DNA of 64,000 bases from Azolla caroliniana (lineage: Eukaryota; Plantae; Polypodiophyta). Location of the stretch: the NCBI GenBank assembly GCA_043228905.1, contig JBHGNT010000009.1, positions 12,090,001-12,154,000 on the forward strand, read 5' to 3'. Of the stretch, positions 38,030 to 51,000 are shown one piece after another (position 1 is the first letter of the stretch; the number at the start of each line of letters is the position of its first letter). The translations under genes were made by a program, and so were the position numbers. The notes below the pieces were generated by a model. The model saw only the letters and a list, made by a program, of their open reading frames with translations. It was not told where the DNA came from and did not search any database.

Positions 38030-41000
38030 ACTTGTACCCTGAGCATAGGGAAATTGTTTGGTACCCTAAGGATCCCATGGTTTTTCTCGATTTGGACCAT
38101 AGTGTTAGTGTCCGCCAGTCCTTGCCTCCAACTCCTCTTGGCGTCTTCCCACCTTGCTCGCACTCCCATACCCGTCCGGTCCCACTTTTCACGACTCGTT
38201 TGGTTGCGCGCACCTCGACCTTCTCGGTTGGCTTGTCTACTCATAAGGCCCTTCCTAGCTGCCTTGTTGCTGTGACTTCGACGCTTCTTGACCCGTCGGT
38301 TTCGACTTCTGTTGCCTTCTTGTCTGCTTGGTCTTCAAGTAATTCGGAGGATTCAAGTGATTCGGCTCCTCCGAATTAAACATTTCGACCGAATTGGATG
38401 CCTCCGATTCGTGCCTAGTCTTGTCTGAATTGGCTGTCTCCAATTTGTGCTTAACCTCTAGGCCCTTCACCACATCAGATCATGTCCACGTCTTGGCCTT
38501 CATCTTCTAGTCGGCTCTATCCTTCTTGACTCTGCCACCATAGCCACTCGTTCAGACTTTATTGGATGTGACAACTTCTTTAGTCGACAATCGGTCGTGC
38601 CGAACTTGTACAACATATTCAGGACATAGATTCTTTGTAACAACAATATGTCGTTGGGGGTGTGGATCACCTTGATCCCGAGGAAGTAGTGAAGGTTCCC
38701 CAGGTCCTTCATCTCAAATGATGCCGCAAGTTGAGACTTCACGCAACCAATTTCCTCTGGGTCGGCGCCGGTGATGACTAAATCATCAACATAAAGTAAG
38801 AGACTTACCGACCCACTCCGACCTTGCCTAATGAAGAGTGAAGATTCTTACTTGGATGTAGCAAACCCCATACGACACAGATGCTACGTGATCTTTGCAT
38901 TTCAGGCACACGGAGCTTGCTTCAATCCATGAAGTGACTTCTTTAGTCGGCATACAACCGGCGTATTCAATACGGACTGAAATCCGGGTGGCTGCACCAT
39001 GTATACATGTTCCTCAAGTTCTCCTTGTAGGAACGCGTCCTTCACATCCATCTCATGCAAATGCCAACCCTTTGCCATGGTGACCGCAAGCAAGACACTG
39101 ACGAACGATCGTCATCTTCATGATCAACGCGAACGTCTCTTTGTAGTCGATGCCATGTTGTTGCACATAGCCCTTGGCCACTAACCGGGCCTTGTACTGG
39201 TTGACAGAGCCGTCTGCGTTGTAGTTGATCTTGTACACCCACCTGCATCAGATTGGCTTCACACCCTTAGAGGTGTCAACCAAGTCCCAAGTCTTATTCT
39301 CCATTAAAGTACACATCTCTTCCTCCATAGCGGCACATTAGTTTGCGTCTTTTGCCGCTTTTGCGTAGCTCTCCGACTCACACACTTCCGCCACTTTCGT
39401 CATGTAAGCATAATGATGTGCCATGTATTCATTATAACCATACCGCTTCACAAGATTATTTTGGTGGGTCTATCAACGTAACTTCTCGTTTGCCGATTTT
39501 AGGGCCATCTTGGTCAACTTGGATTTCATCTTCGAAGGTCCATCTTCATGCTTTCCGGAGTCGGATTCGTCCGATCCAGCTCTTCTTTGTCAGTGTCGTA
39601 TTCCGACATCTTCTTCTTCCCTTTTTCCTTTCGTGTGAACCGTGTCCTCGGTTCCTTGTACAGAGAGTGCACAGTTGGGTTTCCACTACTCGCCGGCTCA
39701 TCATCCGACTGGTCGTTCCAACTCAGTCTTTCATTCGACCCAATCAGCCAGAATGAAATCAGACTCTCTTCCAAGGTGCCAAACTCTTCTTCGTCTTCTT
39801 CTATTCTAGATCATTTTGGGCTCACTGGCCTCATCCTCTGTGATCGGGTGGTCGGAGTTGTCAGGAGTCGGAGTCGGTAGGGAGAACTAGGATGCCGACT
39901 CGTCGAATTCAACATTGCGGCTTAGTCGAACTTGTTTGGTCCAAGGATTATAATACTTATACCCCTTCTCCTCATGAGAGTGGCCGAACAATATGCATTT
40001 CTCCGACTTTGGGTCCAACATTGAGTAGCCGACCAATATGCATTTCTGCACATGCACATAGGCAATGCTGCCAAATATCCTCAGGTGTCATAAGTTCGAC
40101 TTCCACCTGAAATACAGCTCGTGTGGCGACACCTTCTCCCCGATCCGGTTTTGGATGTAGAAGACCATTTAGACTGCTTCAGCCCAGTAGAATTTGGGCA
40201 TGCTCTTCTCCTCTAGCATCGCCCTTGCCGCTTCCACGACTAACCGGTTCTTCGGCTCGGCTACGTTGTTTTGTTCCGGCATATATCTGCAACTGAATTC
40301 TAGCAAAATTCCCTTCTGTTGCAGATAACTGTTGAACTAGCCGGAAAAATATTCTTTTCTGCCATCCGACCGTAGGCACTTTATCTTCCTCTCCATTTCC
40401 CGTTCGACAAGACTTTGTAAGTTCCGGAAATAGTGGAAGACTTTGCTTTTCTCTCGATCAGGTAGATCCACGTGTGCCCGCTGTAGTCGATGAAGGAGAC
40501 AAAATATCGGCTCTAGCCTAGGCTCACATTCTGTGCCTATCTCCATACATCTGAATGTGTCAAGTAGAGCTTGTTCTGGCTCCGGTTTTGCTCATTGGGG
40601 AATGGAAGTCAGTGTTACTTCCCAAGTTGGCAGGCTTCACAAATTTGGGCCTTTCGGCCACTAAATTTCGGCAATACGAATATCACTTCTTTTAATTGCA
40701 GATCATGAAGCCTTTTATAGTTGATGTGGCTGATCCTCTTCTGCCACAAGTCAATATCCGACTCGACTTTCTATCCTTTTGTGAATAAAGTGGTGCCGAC
40801 GTCGTTGGTGTTGAGGATGAACATCCTCTCGTCTTTGCGCCCTTGTGTGATGATTTGGCCCTCTTCCTTGATGAAGCACCCAAGATGTGTGAATCGAACT
40901 TGCATTCCTTCTTGGTAACTGACGATGTGACTGACAAACACCAGGTTCTTCGTTATGGTCAGGACATGCATCAGGTTCATAAGTTTCCCTTTCTGTCTGA

Positions 41001-42150
41001 CATGGCTGAGGGGAATTTCTTCGACATGTTCGATCAGGTGCAGAGTGTCGTCTCTAGTTTCGACCACTCCTGGTTGCTCCAGTTTCTCTAAGTATGAGAA
41101 CCATTCGTCATGGCTCGTTATGTGATTTGACACTCCGGAGTCAACATACCAAACCTCATCCAATTGTGGGTTGATCTTGTTCATTGAGTTCACCTTATGC
41201 TTCATCATAAAGGCTGGCCCTTTTTTGGTTCCAGATCCTTCTAATCCTTCAACGTAGTGCAAGCTTTGCCGACTCCCTTGTCCACCCTTGTTGGATATTG
41301 TCCAAATCGGCTCGCTTCTTCCAGCACTCGCTCTCCCAGTGGCCTTTCTTGCCCCAGTACCAACATTCCATTTCGCCTTGTGATTGCCGATTTCAGGCAC
41401 CACTTTGACTCCCCTTGCTTGTGGAGGGTCTGGAACTGCTGTCGGCACTTCCTCTTGTCGGCCTTCTTTCCTATTATTGTTGGCCGCCTCCATTGCGTGC
41501 TGATCCACCTCGTCCTTGATGCCCACATGGCCAATCCGCCTTCGTGTAGAACATCCGACTATCCGATTGGGTGGTCCTCGATCCACTCGCGTGGTTTTCT
41601 TCAACCATCAACATTGATTGCAAGTCGAAGAAGGATGGTGGCTTCTCTCAGGTGCATATCACTGTCCGGATTGGCCCGTACCTCTCTATTAGACGAACGA
41701 GGCAGATCTGCACCATCTCGTCTTCGTCCACCATCATGTTGATGGACCCTAGTGTGTCACAAATCTCCTTTATATTTCATGGTGTAGTCAATAACCAACA
41801 TGTTCCTTTGCCATGCAATGTTGAGCTCTTCCCGAAGCTGCAACTTCCGTGTTGTGGTACTTGCGGCGAAAATCTTTCTGATATTTTCAGAGGCTTCCTT
41901 CTACTTTTTGGCTTCTCTGATGTAGACAAGCATCTGGTCGTGCACACAGGGTGCAAGACACTACAACACTCTGCTCACACCTTGATCCCATGCAAGGAAA
42001 TCCTTGTGTGTCGACTCCGATGCTACCTTGTTTTCTCCTTCGACATAACTCCAGTAGACGTGTCTTAGCAGGTACCGGTGCATCTTGTACGACCAAGATG
42101 CATAGTTCCTTCAGTCGAGCTTCTCTGTCAGAAGCGAGCTTGCCATGCTT
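38030..42150 (-). mobile_element. Heavily decayed Ty1/copia of a second lineage (gag, PR, INT, RT; RNase H largely deleted)
   Basis: WYVDSG protease, KIKCLRSDG integrase, YKARLVAKG, HEMDVKDAFL, LHGLKQAP, FEMKDLG; LTR limits not resolved. Confidence 0.85.
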
Positions 42151-42199
42151 CTATCCATTTCTTCTTCTACCTTCCTGTTCTTTACTGGAGGCTAGGGTC

Positions 42200-43082
42200 G
42201 ATCCGAGAAGGTCCAGGTTCATTAAAAGAACTGGGATCTATGTTTGCAGTTGAATTTTCTGTTGGGGATCCAGAGAGCCCTCAATTTCAAGCTCATGTTG
42301 AGCAACCTATTCCAGATAATGTCTCAGTAGCACATTTTCTTGTACAAGTTATTTATAACATATTACATACTAGCAAAACAATAGGTACCTAAATCTTATT
42401 TCTGATTGTTGTAAATGCCAAAGTGACTTTGCTCTCCATCGTAGTAGTCAATGTTGCTTTCTCTAAATTAGTATTAAAAAACTCCAATGTCTCATAGGCT
42501 TCATGGACATTTTTTAGCATATAGCTAATCAATGTCTCACCTGTATCATCGACATTGGCTTTCATTGTGTGTCGGTGTGGCGTATGCTTGCGGGTTTGTT
42601 GGGAGTTGGCAGTTGCATCATCAACTGCCATGCTCCAAAATCTTGCCATTTTTTGTTGCAAGTTTCCCATCGTCGAACATCTTTCTACCGATGCCTGACC
42701 ATAAATTGCCCAAGCTACCCTGTACATTTCAGGGTCACAAGATTCCTTCGCTCTTTTGCAATGCTCGTATGCAAAAGCTTTGGCAAATGAAACGGACAAC
42801 TTGTTGTTGACTGGGATCTCTTGATGTACTTTCTGGTGCAGTCTCATGCAGTCGTCGTATAGATCCGGTCGTACATGCTTTAGCTTGCCCTTGCCCTTGC
42901 CCTTGCCCTTGCCCTTGCCCTTGCCTTTCACTCTAGGCACTTTATATACTGACATTCATTCTACATCACTAATCAATCTATCTGTTAGAATAGTAGGGTC
43001 AATACACTCGAATGACAGACCATATATGTTGTGAAAGTCCTCATTTGTCTCGCAAAATTTTGCGAAGTTCGGCACTCTAGGA
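42200..43082 (-). pseudogene. Unknown, probably TE-associated gene remnant with (GK)n tract
   Basis: ORF 42389-42955, (CTTGCC)~7 at ~42883-42926, splice-acceptor-like TTTCTATTTCAG|GTG ending near 43081-43092 (-). Confidence 0.4.
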
Positions 43083-45039
43083 TAGGGAGGAATGAGCCAC
43101 CTGAAATAGAAAATCAATAATCAGAATTGGTGCAAAAATAGATTTTTTAATGTGAATTTGGTGCAAAATTACAACACTTTGAGACAGTAATCTGAAATTT
43201 GTAATATGTCATTTTCAACATGTATCAGAAATGAACCACTTAACAAATCAAAAACCCTAATCAGAATTTGTCATGAGAATTGGTGCTAAATTACAACACA
43301 TTGCGACAATAATCAGAAATTTGTAATTAGAAACTTGTAACCAGAAACTTGTAATCTAAAATTTGTAATCAGAAACCCTAAACCACTTAGGGAAACACCA
43401 ACCCTAAACATCACTAAAGGCTGAAATCAACCGTAATACAAAATTCTGTCCCCGATTTTCGAGACATCCTTGTTTGAGACTCCAACGACTTCGCCCTATT
43501 TGATTTTTGGGAAAGATGAACAGGCACCAGAGTTACACACAATTATCAGAAAGGAAAAAAAAAGTTTTTTTAATATGTAACTGATACATACCTGGACGAG
43601 GATTGACTTGGTCATGTGTTGTAGCTCTAAAGGTGCAATGTCGATCTTAGAGTTTTTGTGCTGCTACGGGAGCTTCGTCTGCGTTCATGTTCAGAATACT
43701 CCATCTGTTTGGAGTTCGAACTTGAACTCATGATTATCAGGAATTTGATGACATTCAAGTCGACCTTAGATGATGGCACTAATCCCCAAGTTCGACCACT
43801 GATTCTAAACTGTTGCGGAACAATCCTTGACTTCCGTTCTCATCCATTCCCTCCAGCCTTCGATAATCATCCGGATGCACTTAATGCCCATTTTTACCTT
43901 GTCCTCTGTGGCCTCTTTTTCCTTCTTCAACTGGTTGATAAGCGTTGTCGTTGTCGTTGCTCGCACTTCATAATCCATGATCCGAGTTTGGTATGTTGTC
44001 TACACTTTATCTAATATAACCTTGGACCGTGCAACCACCTGATTATGCTCCAACAACAACTCCATCCTTTCTTTCGTCGCTTCCTCCAATAGCTTCGTCG
44101 TTATTTCCACCATCAGTCGTCCATGTTCTGTCAACGCCTCCGATTTCTCCTTCACCTCTTCTTGGGCCTCTTTAAGTTTCTCCTGCTACTAGTCGTACTC
44201 CATCTCAAGCATTTTCTAGTCCCGGTATAGCTTGTCAAAATCCTCTGATTTCTCCTTAAGTCGTCGGTTGGCTTGTGATCTCAACCTCCATTTTTCTTCC
44301 TTAGCTGCCGTCCATAATTGTTTTACTTTTTCTTTCATTGCCGCTTGAGCGGCCAATTCGTCCTTCAACACTTCAATTTCTATCTCCCATTCATGGGCTT
44401 GTTCTGGTGTTGTGCTAACAACCAGTTCTTTCACTTTTTCCAGATCCTCTTCTTGTATTCTCTCCGGTTCCACCGGCCCTAACTCTATTACAGTTCCGCG
44501 ACCCATGTTTTCTTTAATGGCCAATTGGCCTTTTCTAATTCTTCCTCTAAATTCCGGATATGACTCAAGGCCTTCTCTAATTCTCCTGTTGTAGTCGCCA
44601 GTTGTTATGTCTGGGTGAGTTCGCTTCTCCATACTTGTCGTTCCACTTCCATCCGATCAGCCACTCTAATGACCTACTTCTCCAACCATTCCAATAATTT
44701 CCGGTAGGTTCCATGTTGTGCGAGTACGACGAACTATTGCACGGCCTCCGATATATCTCCATGGTGCGGCTTTGGTCTTTGAGTTGTGGCACGGTCGCTC
44801 GGCCTTCGCTCCACCATCGCTAAACGGGTGGTCAGTGTAATGTCCATCTCTGGACTTGATCCATTCCCATGTTGCTCATCGTGACGTTTTCTAGGACGTC
44901 TCTAGAGGAGTTCTTCTTCTTCTTCTTCCAACTCCTCCAACTCTGTGGTCTTATTGTGTGCCATCTCCGCCAGTTCTGGGTGCTTCGGCTCCCTATCTTT
45001 CCTTCGCAACTTAATTCGAATGGGTTTCGTAGGCCTGGC

Positions 45040-48000
45040 TGTTATCGACTAGGAACACGGTCTACGGTCAGTCCTTCGACCTAGACCTCAAAGTGACTGT
45101 GTTGAACTGAATGGTATCGTCATAGCGTAATACTTAGTGGGATACCTCCCATATCCTAGTAGCGTATAAGGGAGATGGCTACAACCGAACTCCTGAGATA
45201 GTGGACTAGCAACCACACTGTTACTCACGCCTACGCTCTTACGACTGCGCTACGCCACCAAGAATCATAGACACACAGTAGATTGACCATAGATACGCAT
45301 AGGGATCAAAGAAGATAGAACTCTACTAAGATACGCCTTTTACATTCAAAATTACACGCTACCTCTATCAGAGGATTTCTACCCTTTATATACACATGAT
45401 CTTTTAGCTGTTCACGCTTCTTGCGTGAACCATTTACATGCGTTACAATTTTACTATATTCTATATTTTTGCGCTCCTGTCCGTCGGTTACTATTCCGGT
45501 GGACAACACCTGGAATGCCTGTGGGACAGTGCCATGGCACGTCGGACCCACCCCTTTAATCTTCCTCCAAAATGGCCCGGATGTTCGGTTCTGCTCCGGG
45601 GATGGCGTACTGTCCGTATGCGCGTCATTGCGTGGTTCCACTGCCTGCTCAGGAGGGCTATCTATGGTGTCGCTGGCTTCTTGTGTGGGCGGTTTGGGTT
45701 CTGCTGGCTCATCTTGTACGGTAGCTCGAGGTTCTATTTCTTTTGTAACTGCCTTCGTGGTGTCGGTCGTAGTCGTACACTCCGGTGAATGGGGCTGGGG
45801 TTCCTCTTGGTCGGCGGTTTCACTTTCTGGTATCATCGGGGGCTCCGCTTGCCCTTCTGTGCTGTCCACCCTAGCAGTTATTTCGGGTGACATGGGCTGA
45901 GGTTCCTTGTGTTCGGCAGTATCCGGAATTGGTATCGCGATGGATTCCTCGTATGTTCGCGTGCTGCCGGTTTGCACGATCTAGTGAAACGGGTCCTCTT
46001 GACTTTCGCCAAAATCGTTGAGTAGCTGCGCGAGTTCCTCGGAGTGTTGGTCCACTAGCGCGCGATAAACTTGCGCTAGGTCCTTGCGTATTACTGCAAT
46101 GCTTTCCTCATTGAGCTTGTAGAATCTGCAACTGTCTTTCCGTCGGTTCTCCCAATCCTCCTGGTATGTATGCAACTCTGCCGCTTGTGTGGCCCATGCC
46201 ATCCAGCCTTTATCGAGCACCACTTTTAATTGCGTCGTAAACTTCCCCCGATTTGTTTGAAGAAGTATGCACACGTTGTCGGTTATTGCTTGGCAGCGAT
46301 TGCGTGCTTCTTCTACGGTCATCCTGAGGTTGTCAATTTCTTGTTTACTAACCACCGTCGCTTCCTCTTACACGCTCTTCATACTTGCCCATAGCTGAGA
46401 TTCCTTCGAATGTAATTCTTCCAGCTTCCCCATTTCATTGTTCAGGCGTATTTTGAGCTGATGCCACCTCTTCTATTCCACAACCAGCTACTCATCGAAC
46501 CATGCCTTCTTCTTGTCTGCCGACTCTGGCTAACTGATCCTCGTCGTTGCTTTCCGCCGTTTGTGTTAGTGCGCGCTCGATCATTTGGTGCTCTGCGTGC
46601 TCCTCGGCCATTTATTGTGAGACTTTTATTTGTTGCGTTGCCAAAAATTCCATGAGTTCAAAAGTGGTTTAGAACTGTAATAGTGCGCCAAACTCATGGC
46701 CTGTGCCCGGAATGTCTGGATACGCTAGGACCTCGCTTTCCGCCGTCAATACGCCTTTCCCCCGTTGTGACTGGGCTGTAATGATCGGCCGTGGTTCCCA
46801 GATTACTTCGAAGGTGGTGTTGGGCTCTTTAGCTACAAAGTTGTCGCCCACGGTCATCGTCTCTGTGGCCGCGAGTGTGTTTTTAACTAATCTGCGCCCA
46901 TCCTTCCTATCTAGCCTCCGCCATTTCGGCCTCGGGCTTCCTTGGCATGTCTTTGCTTCCGGTTCCTGCGCAGCTTCCTCGCGCTCCGCCCGCTCTTCTT
47001 GTGTTGTTCACGTGTTGGGCTAGGGTTCATCCTGCCACTCTGTGGTGGCCAACTCCGCTAACCTCCGCTTCATGGATCGTGGTGGCGGCGTGGGTAAGCT
47101 GGCTTGTGGTCCCGGCAGACCTCGGGATGGGAACAATATCGTCAGATACTGCTGTATTATAGGCCTTAGTTTTTTTCCTCCTTGCAAACCTTCTCGTAAT
47201 GACCCCCCAATTGACTGTGTGCCCTTCAAAGGTATCAATGATGATACCTGCCTTCTGCTTGGGCATCCCATATGCGTTTACATGCATGCATCCAACTTCC
47301 AACAGGAACTTGGATATTTTGCGGAAGAAGGGGTCATGAATTTCCTTCATTCTATATGCCTTGGAGGACGCCGAATATGGCCCGAAATATCTCTGCAAAG
47401 TTTCCGCAGGAGGGATTTCAAAATGCCTTTCCCCCAGTGATGATAGGTCAAGCTTTTTCCGGATGGATGAGTTGGTGACTGCGTCGATGTTGAGCTTCCT
47501 AGCGATGTCCAGTGCATCAGGGTGTGGAGGTGCCTCGGCGACTCTGATGTACCCATCCAAGCGTTTCTCCATGAGCCATCGACGCAAGGCTGCAGAGATG
47601 GGTATCAGCATAATCAGAATAGGCTCGTGGCTAATGGGTGAGGACTACTGGCTATGGCGAGCTTGAGCTCTCTGATAGGATGGAGAAGAGGGTGAGGAAG
47701 GGGAGTGATGAGAGCGATGAGAGTTAGAGGGTTGGTTTCTGTATTGTGCAGAAAACCTTCTATTTCCTTCTTTTTGTGGCCTAGGGTTCATTGGTTCGTC
47801 AGCCATCATGGTGCCGCATGTTCTTGGCCTAGAAGTATGTGCATGTCTTAAGTCCTTTTAATAGCATCGCTATCTTCTCTTTTTCTTTTTTTTCGTAACG
47901 GTTACATACAATATTATCTTTACACTATAGTACAAGTGGGGCCCTATACTTACTCCGCGGATTCTCCGGCTTTGTCCTGTCTGGCGGGGAACGGGTTAGG

Positions 48001-51000
48001 TTGCGTAGGTCCCAGATAAGGTTTAAGGAGAAAGCCATTCACTTTTTGACGTAACACTTCCCTGGCCAACGTGCCTTGTTTTGCTCCCACTATCTAGTAC
48101 AGGCCTGTCCAGCAGAATCTTAATTTTCTTGGCATCTTCCCCATGCGTGTTTGGAAAACTAATACTGCTTTCCCAACCGTAAAGTCTTTTTCACGTGCAT
48201 GCCAGTGTTGGTTCACGAATGCTTTGCGCCACCGCCGTTCCTGCTCCAATATGGCCATATTGCGTAACCTTGTTTCTCCTAGTTGTAGCAATTGTTGTAG
48301 CCGTACTTGTTCAGATTTGCTCTCTGGTAGTCGGGCTCGTACTTGAATCCGCAAACTGGGTACCTAGAATTCGACTACCATCACGGCCTCCAAACCAAAT
48401 GCTAGCCTGAAAGGCGTTGATTGTATGCTAGTCTTATAGCTGGTACGGTATGCCCATAGCTCGTTGTGCCATTAGTATCCCAATCTGTTCTGTTCTCATT
48501 GACTATCTTTTTGAGGATAGTTTGTAGGGTTTTGTTCGTGGATTCCGCCAAGCCATTTGCCTGAGGGTAATACGGCGTAATATTGGGTCAGTTCGTTGAT
48601 GACTGTATTGAGAAAGTGACTCCCTTGGTCACTAATGAGCTCGATAGGGTAGCCAAAACGACACCAGATGTGTTCATAAAGGAATTTCACCGTGACTGCC
48701 GCGGTATTCTCGCGTAGTGGTTTCCCTACCAAATATAGCAATGGCGAATGATCCACGTGAAACGTGAATTTCCGCCCTAGCAGATAATGCTGGAAGTTAT
48801 TGATGTTGTCTATCATACCCAATGCCTCACGTTCCGTTGTGGAATAGTTATGCTCAGCTGTTGATAATTTCCGACTAGCGTAGTACAATGGCCGGTACCA
48901 ATTCGGCTCCGTGAGGTGCATTAGCGCACTACCTATTGCTATGTCCAAAGCATCTACGAACATGTGGAATGGCTTTGCCCAAACTGGTGGCTGTATGATG
49001 GGTGCCTGCGTTAGCATTACCTTTACCGCATCATATGCCTTCTCTTCCGTTGTTGTCCATTTGAAAGGAGTCCGATGAACGGCGGCATGTAACGTCGTGG
49101 CGAAGTCCGCCAAATAGCGTATCATCCGACTGTGCCATCATATTTGTCCCAAAAACCGGCTAAGTGCTTTCGTGTTTGTCAGTGTTTTCGCATCAGTAAT
49201 CGTGGAGATTTTATTCGGATAGACCGCAATCCCTTCCTTACTGACTCTGTGGCCAAGGAGAGCCCCGCTGGTAACGCCGAAAGTGCATTTGGCGGGATTC
49301 AGGCTTAAGCGTGCGGTTCGGGAACGCTCCAGGCAAAGCTACAGATTCGTAAAATGGTCGGTTGTCGTCCCATATACTACAAAATCATCTAAAAAAACTT
49401 GTATGAAGGCTGGAATATATTCCCCAAAAATCTCTGTGATTGTCCGTTGAAATGTAGCCAGCGCCGTCTTTAGCCCGAACATCATGACAACTGCGACATA
49501 GACTCCCTAGTCCATGACAAATGCCGTCTTCTCTTGGTCGTCGGGGTGCATGCATACTTGGTTGTACCCACTGAAGCCATCTAAAAAGTTGTCCATGTCA
49601 TGCCCTGTGACGGCGTCCAATACACTATCGGTGAACGATAAAGGGAATACGTCAGTAATGGTTACGGCATTCAATTTCTGGTAGTCCACGCATACACGTA
49701 TTTTGCCATTTCTCTTTGGTACAACTACTATCAGGCTTAACCATGTAGCTTGTTTGATTGGTCGTATGAATCCGGCCTTGTCGAGTTTGTCAATTTCTTG
49801 TTTTACACAGGCCGCATAGTTTGGGTTCATACGGTATCGATGATGTTGGACCGGTTTCGCGTCGGTCGCTAAATTGATCTTATGTTGATAGAACTTCGGA
49901 CCTCACCCCTTCATGTCCTCGCGGGACCAGGCGAACACATCTTTATACTTCCTGAGTAGTGCTATCATCGCGTCTCTCTGATTCGGCAGTAATTCTTTTG
50001 CGATGGAGAGGAATCGGGGTTCTGACGTTGTACCCATGTTTACTTCTTCCAGGGCTGAGGCAGTGACTCGTCGTGAAATTTCCATTTCCCTCTAGAACAC
50101 TGCCTGTGGTCTGCTTAGTTCTAATATTGACTGCAAGTTTGGTTCGTAAGCCTCGTTGTGGAGCGTAGCGGGCATGGCATACTGTGGAATGGCTTTGCCC
50201 AAACTGGTGGCTGTATGATGGGTGCCTGCGTTAGCATTACCTTTACCGCATCATATGCCTTCTCTTCCGTTGTTGTCCATTTGAAAGGAGTCCGATGAAC
50301 GGCGGCATGTAACGTCGTGGCGAAGTCCGCCAAATAGCGTATCATCCGACTGTGCCATCATATTTGTCCCAAAAACCGGCTAAGTGCTTTCGTGTTTGTC
50401 AGTGTTTTCGCATCAGTAATCGTGGAGATTTTATTCGGATAGACCGCAATCCCTTCCTTACTGACTCTGTGGCCAAGGAGAGCCCCGCTGGTAACGCCGA
50501 AAGCACATTTGGCGGGATTCAGGCTTAAGCGTGCGGTTCCGCAACGCTCCAGGCAAAGCTGCAGATTCGTAAAATGGTCCGTTGTCGTCCCATATACTAC
50601 AAAATCATCTAAAAAAACTTGTATGAAGGCTGGAATATATTCCCCAAAAATCTCCGTGATTGTCCGTTGAAATGTAGCCAGCGCCGTCTTTAGCCCGAAC
50701 ATCATGACGACTGCGACATAGACTCCCTAGTCCATGACAAATACCGTCTTCTCTTGGTCGTCGGGGTGCATGCATACTTGGTTGTACCCACTGAAGCCAT
50801 CTAAAAAGCTGTCCATGTCATGCCCTGTGACGGCGTCCAGTACACTATCGGTGAACGATAAAGGGAATACGTCAGTAATGGTTACGACATTCAATTTCCG
50901 GTAGTCCACGCATACACGTATTTTGCCATTTCTCTTTGGTACAACTACTATCAGGCTTAACCATGTAGCTTGTTTGATTGGTCGTATGAATCCGGCCTTG

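Noticed and set aside
43250-43410. Interstitial telomere array
   Set aside because: Only scattered AAACCCT(A) motifs, not a tandem array
45306-45977. 223-aa Pro/Glu/Thr-rich ORF as an independent gene
   Set aside because: Low-complexity tail of the extra-ORF region running into the LTR; largely absent from copy C
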